64,000 bases of DNA, taken from the NCBI GenBank assembly GCA_963555755.3, contig OY820905.2, positions 3,808,001 through 3,872,000 on the forward strand, in the 5' to 3' direction. Below the pieces are notes generated by a model. That model searched no databases and was not told the origin of the DNA. It worked only from the letters and a program-made list of their open reading frames with translations. Shown here one piece after another: positions 63,553-64,000 of the stretch. Position numbers and translations under genes: made by a program. The stretch's first letter is position 1, and each line of letters opens with the position of its first letter. Source of the stretch: Nitrospirales bacterium. GTDB taxonomy: Bacteria > Nitrospirota > Nitrospiria > Nitrospirales > UBA8639.

Positions 63553-63798
63553 ATGCTGAAACTATTTTGGGGAATGATTATTGGATCGGTGATAACAATC
63601 TATGCGGCGGGTGGCCCGCCTGTTGCCGACCTTATTATCCACAACGTGCTGACTCTGGCCCAAGATTCTGCGAGTAATCCCCAATCGTTGATGGTGTGGA
63701 TGAGTGTCTGGGGCGCGACGGTCTTCTCCATGGCATGGATGAAAAGACGACAGCAACGCCCAACAAAGACTTCTCAGTACGCATTTTTGCTGAGATAA
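63553..63798 (+). CDS. Small hypothetical membrane protein
   Basis: SD GGAGG and two hydrophobic segments. Confidence 0.6.
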   Translation: MLKLFWGMIIGSVITIYAAGGPPVADLIIHNVLTLAQDSASNPQSLMVWMSVWGATVFSMAWMKRRQQRPTKTSQYAFLLR

Positions 63799-64000
63799 CA
63801 CATTGAAGAAATGGATCCCCCTCGATAGAGGAATTTACTTTTGTCCTCGTGAACGTTTACGGTGGACCACGGTGGAATGATCCTTGGAGAGAGAAACGTG
63901 TTGAGCGAGAATCGAACACACACGAGAGGGTATGGCCTCAATCAATGGCCCGTATTAGGGGTCATAGTGTTGGTGTGTGTGTGGTTCGGAATGAGCCCGC

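Overview
Bacterial chromosome segment, most likely from a Nitrospirales (Nitrospira-like) organism. This is inferred from gene order and repeat content, not from a database search. Positions 1-43.1 kb are mostly core genome: a hipBA toxin-antitoxin module, a caspase-like lipoprotein lacking its catalytic dyad, yajQ, cstA, rho-rpmE-prfA-prmC-murA-hisG/D/B/H/A/F/IE, dnaG-rpoD-tRNA-Ile2, rnpB, tRNA-Glu, class II nrdJ, trkH and mtaB-miaB. The intergenic spaces are densely filled with nested MITE/REP-like repeats. Several of these families have different terminal inverted repeats (TIRs) but share one conserved structured core. Positions 43.3-62.9 kb are a decayed accessory island ending at tRNA-Arg(ACG). 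It holds nested IS1595 elements, an IS481 remnant, a GC-rich block (LysR, HTH-only LysR and a repeat adhesin-autotransporter), an IS3 remnant, a transposase-less unit bounded by 55-bp inverted repeats that carries an attC gene cassette, an IS1 with an ISL3 inserted in its end, and a degenerate tyrosine integrase abutting the 5' end of the tRNA. No CRISPR array, rRNA or reverse transcriptase was seen.
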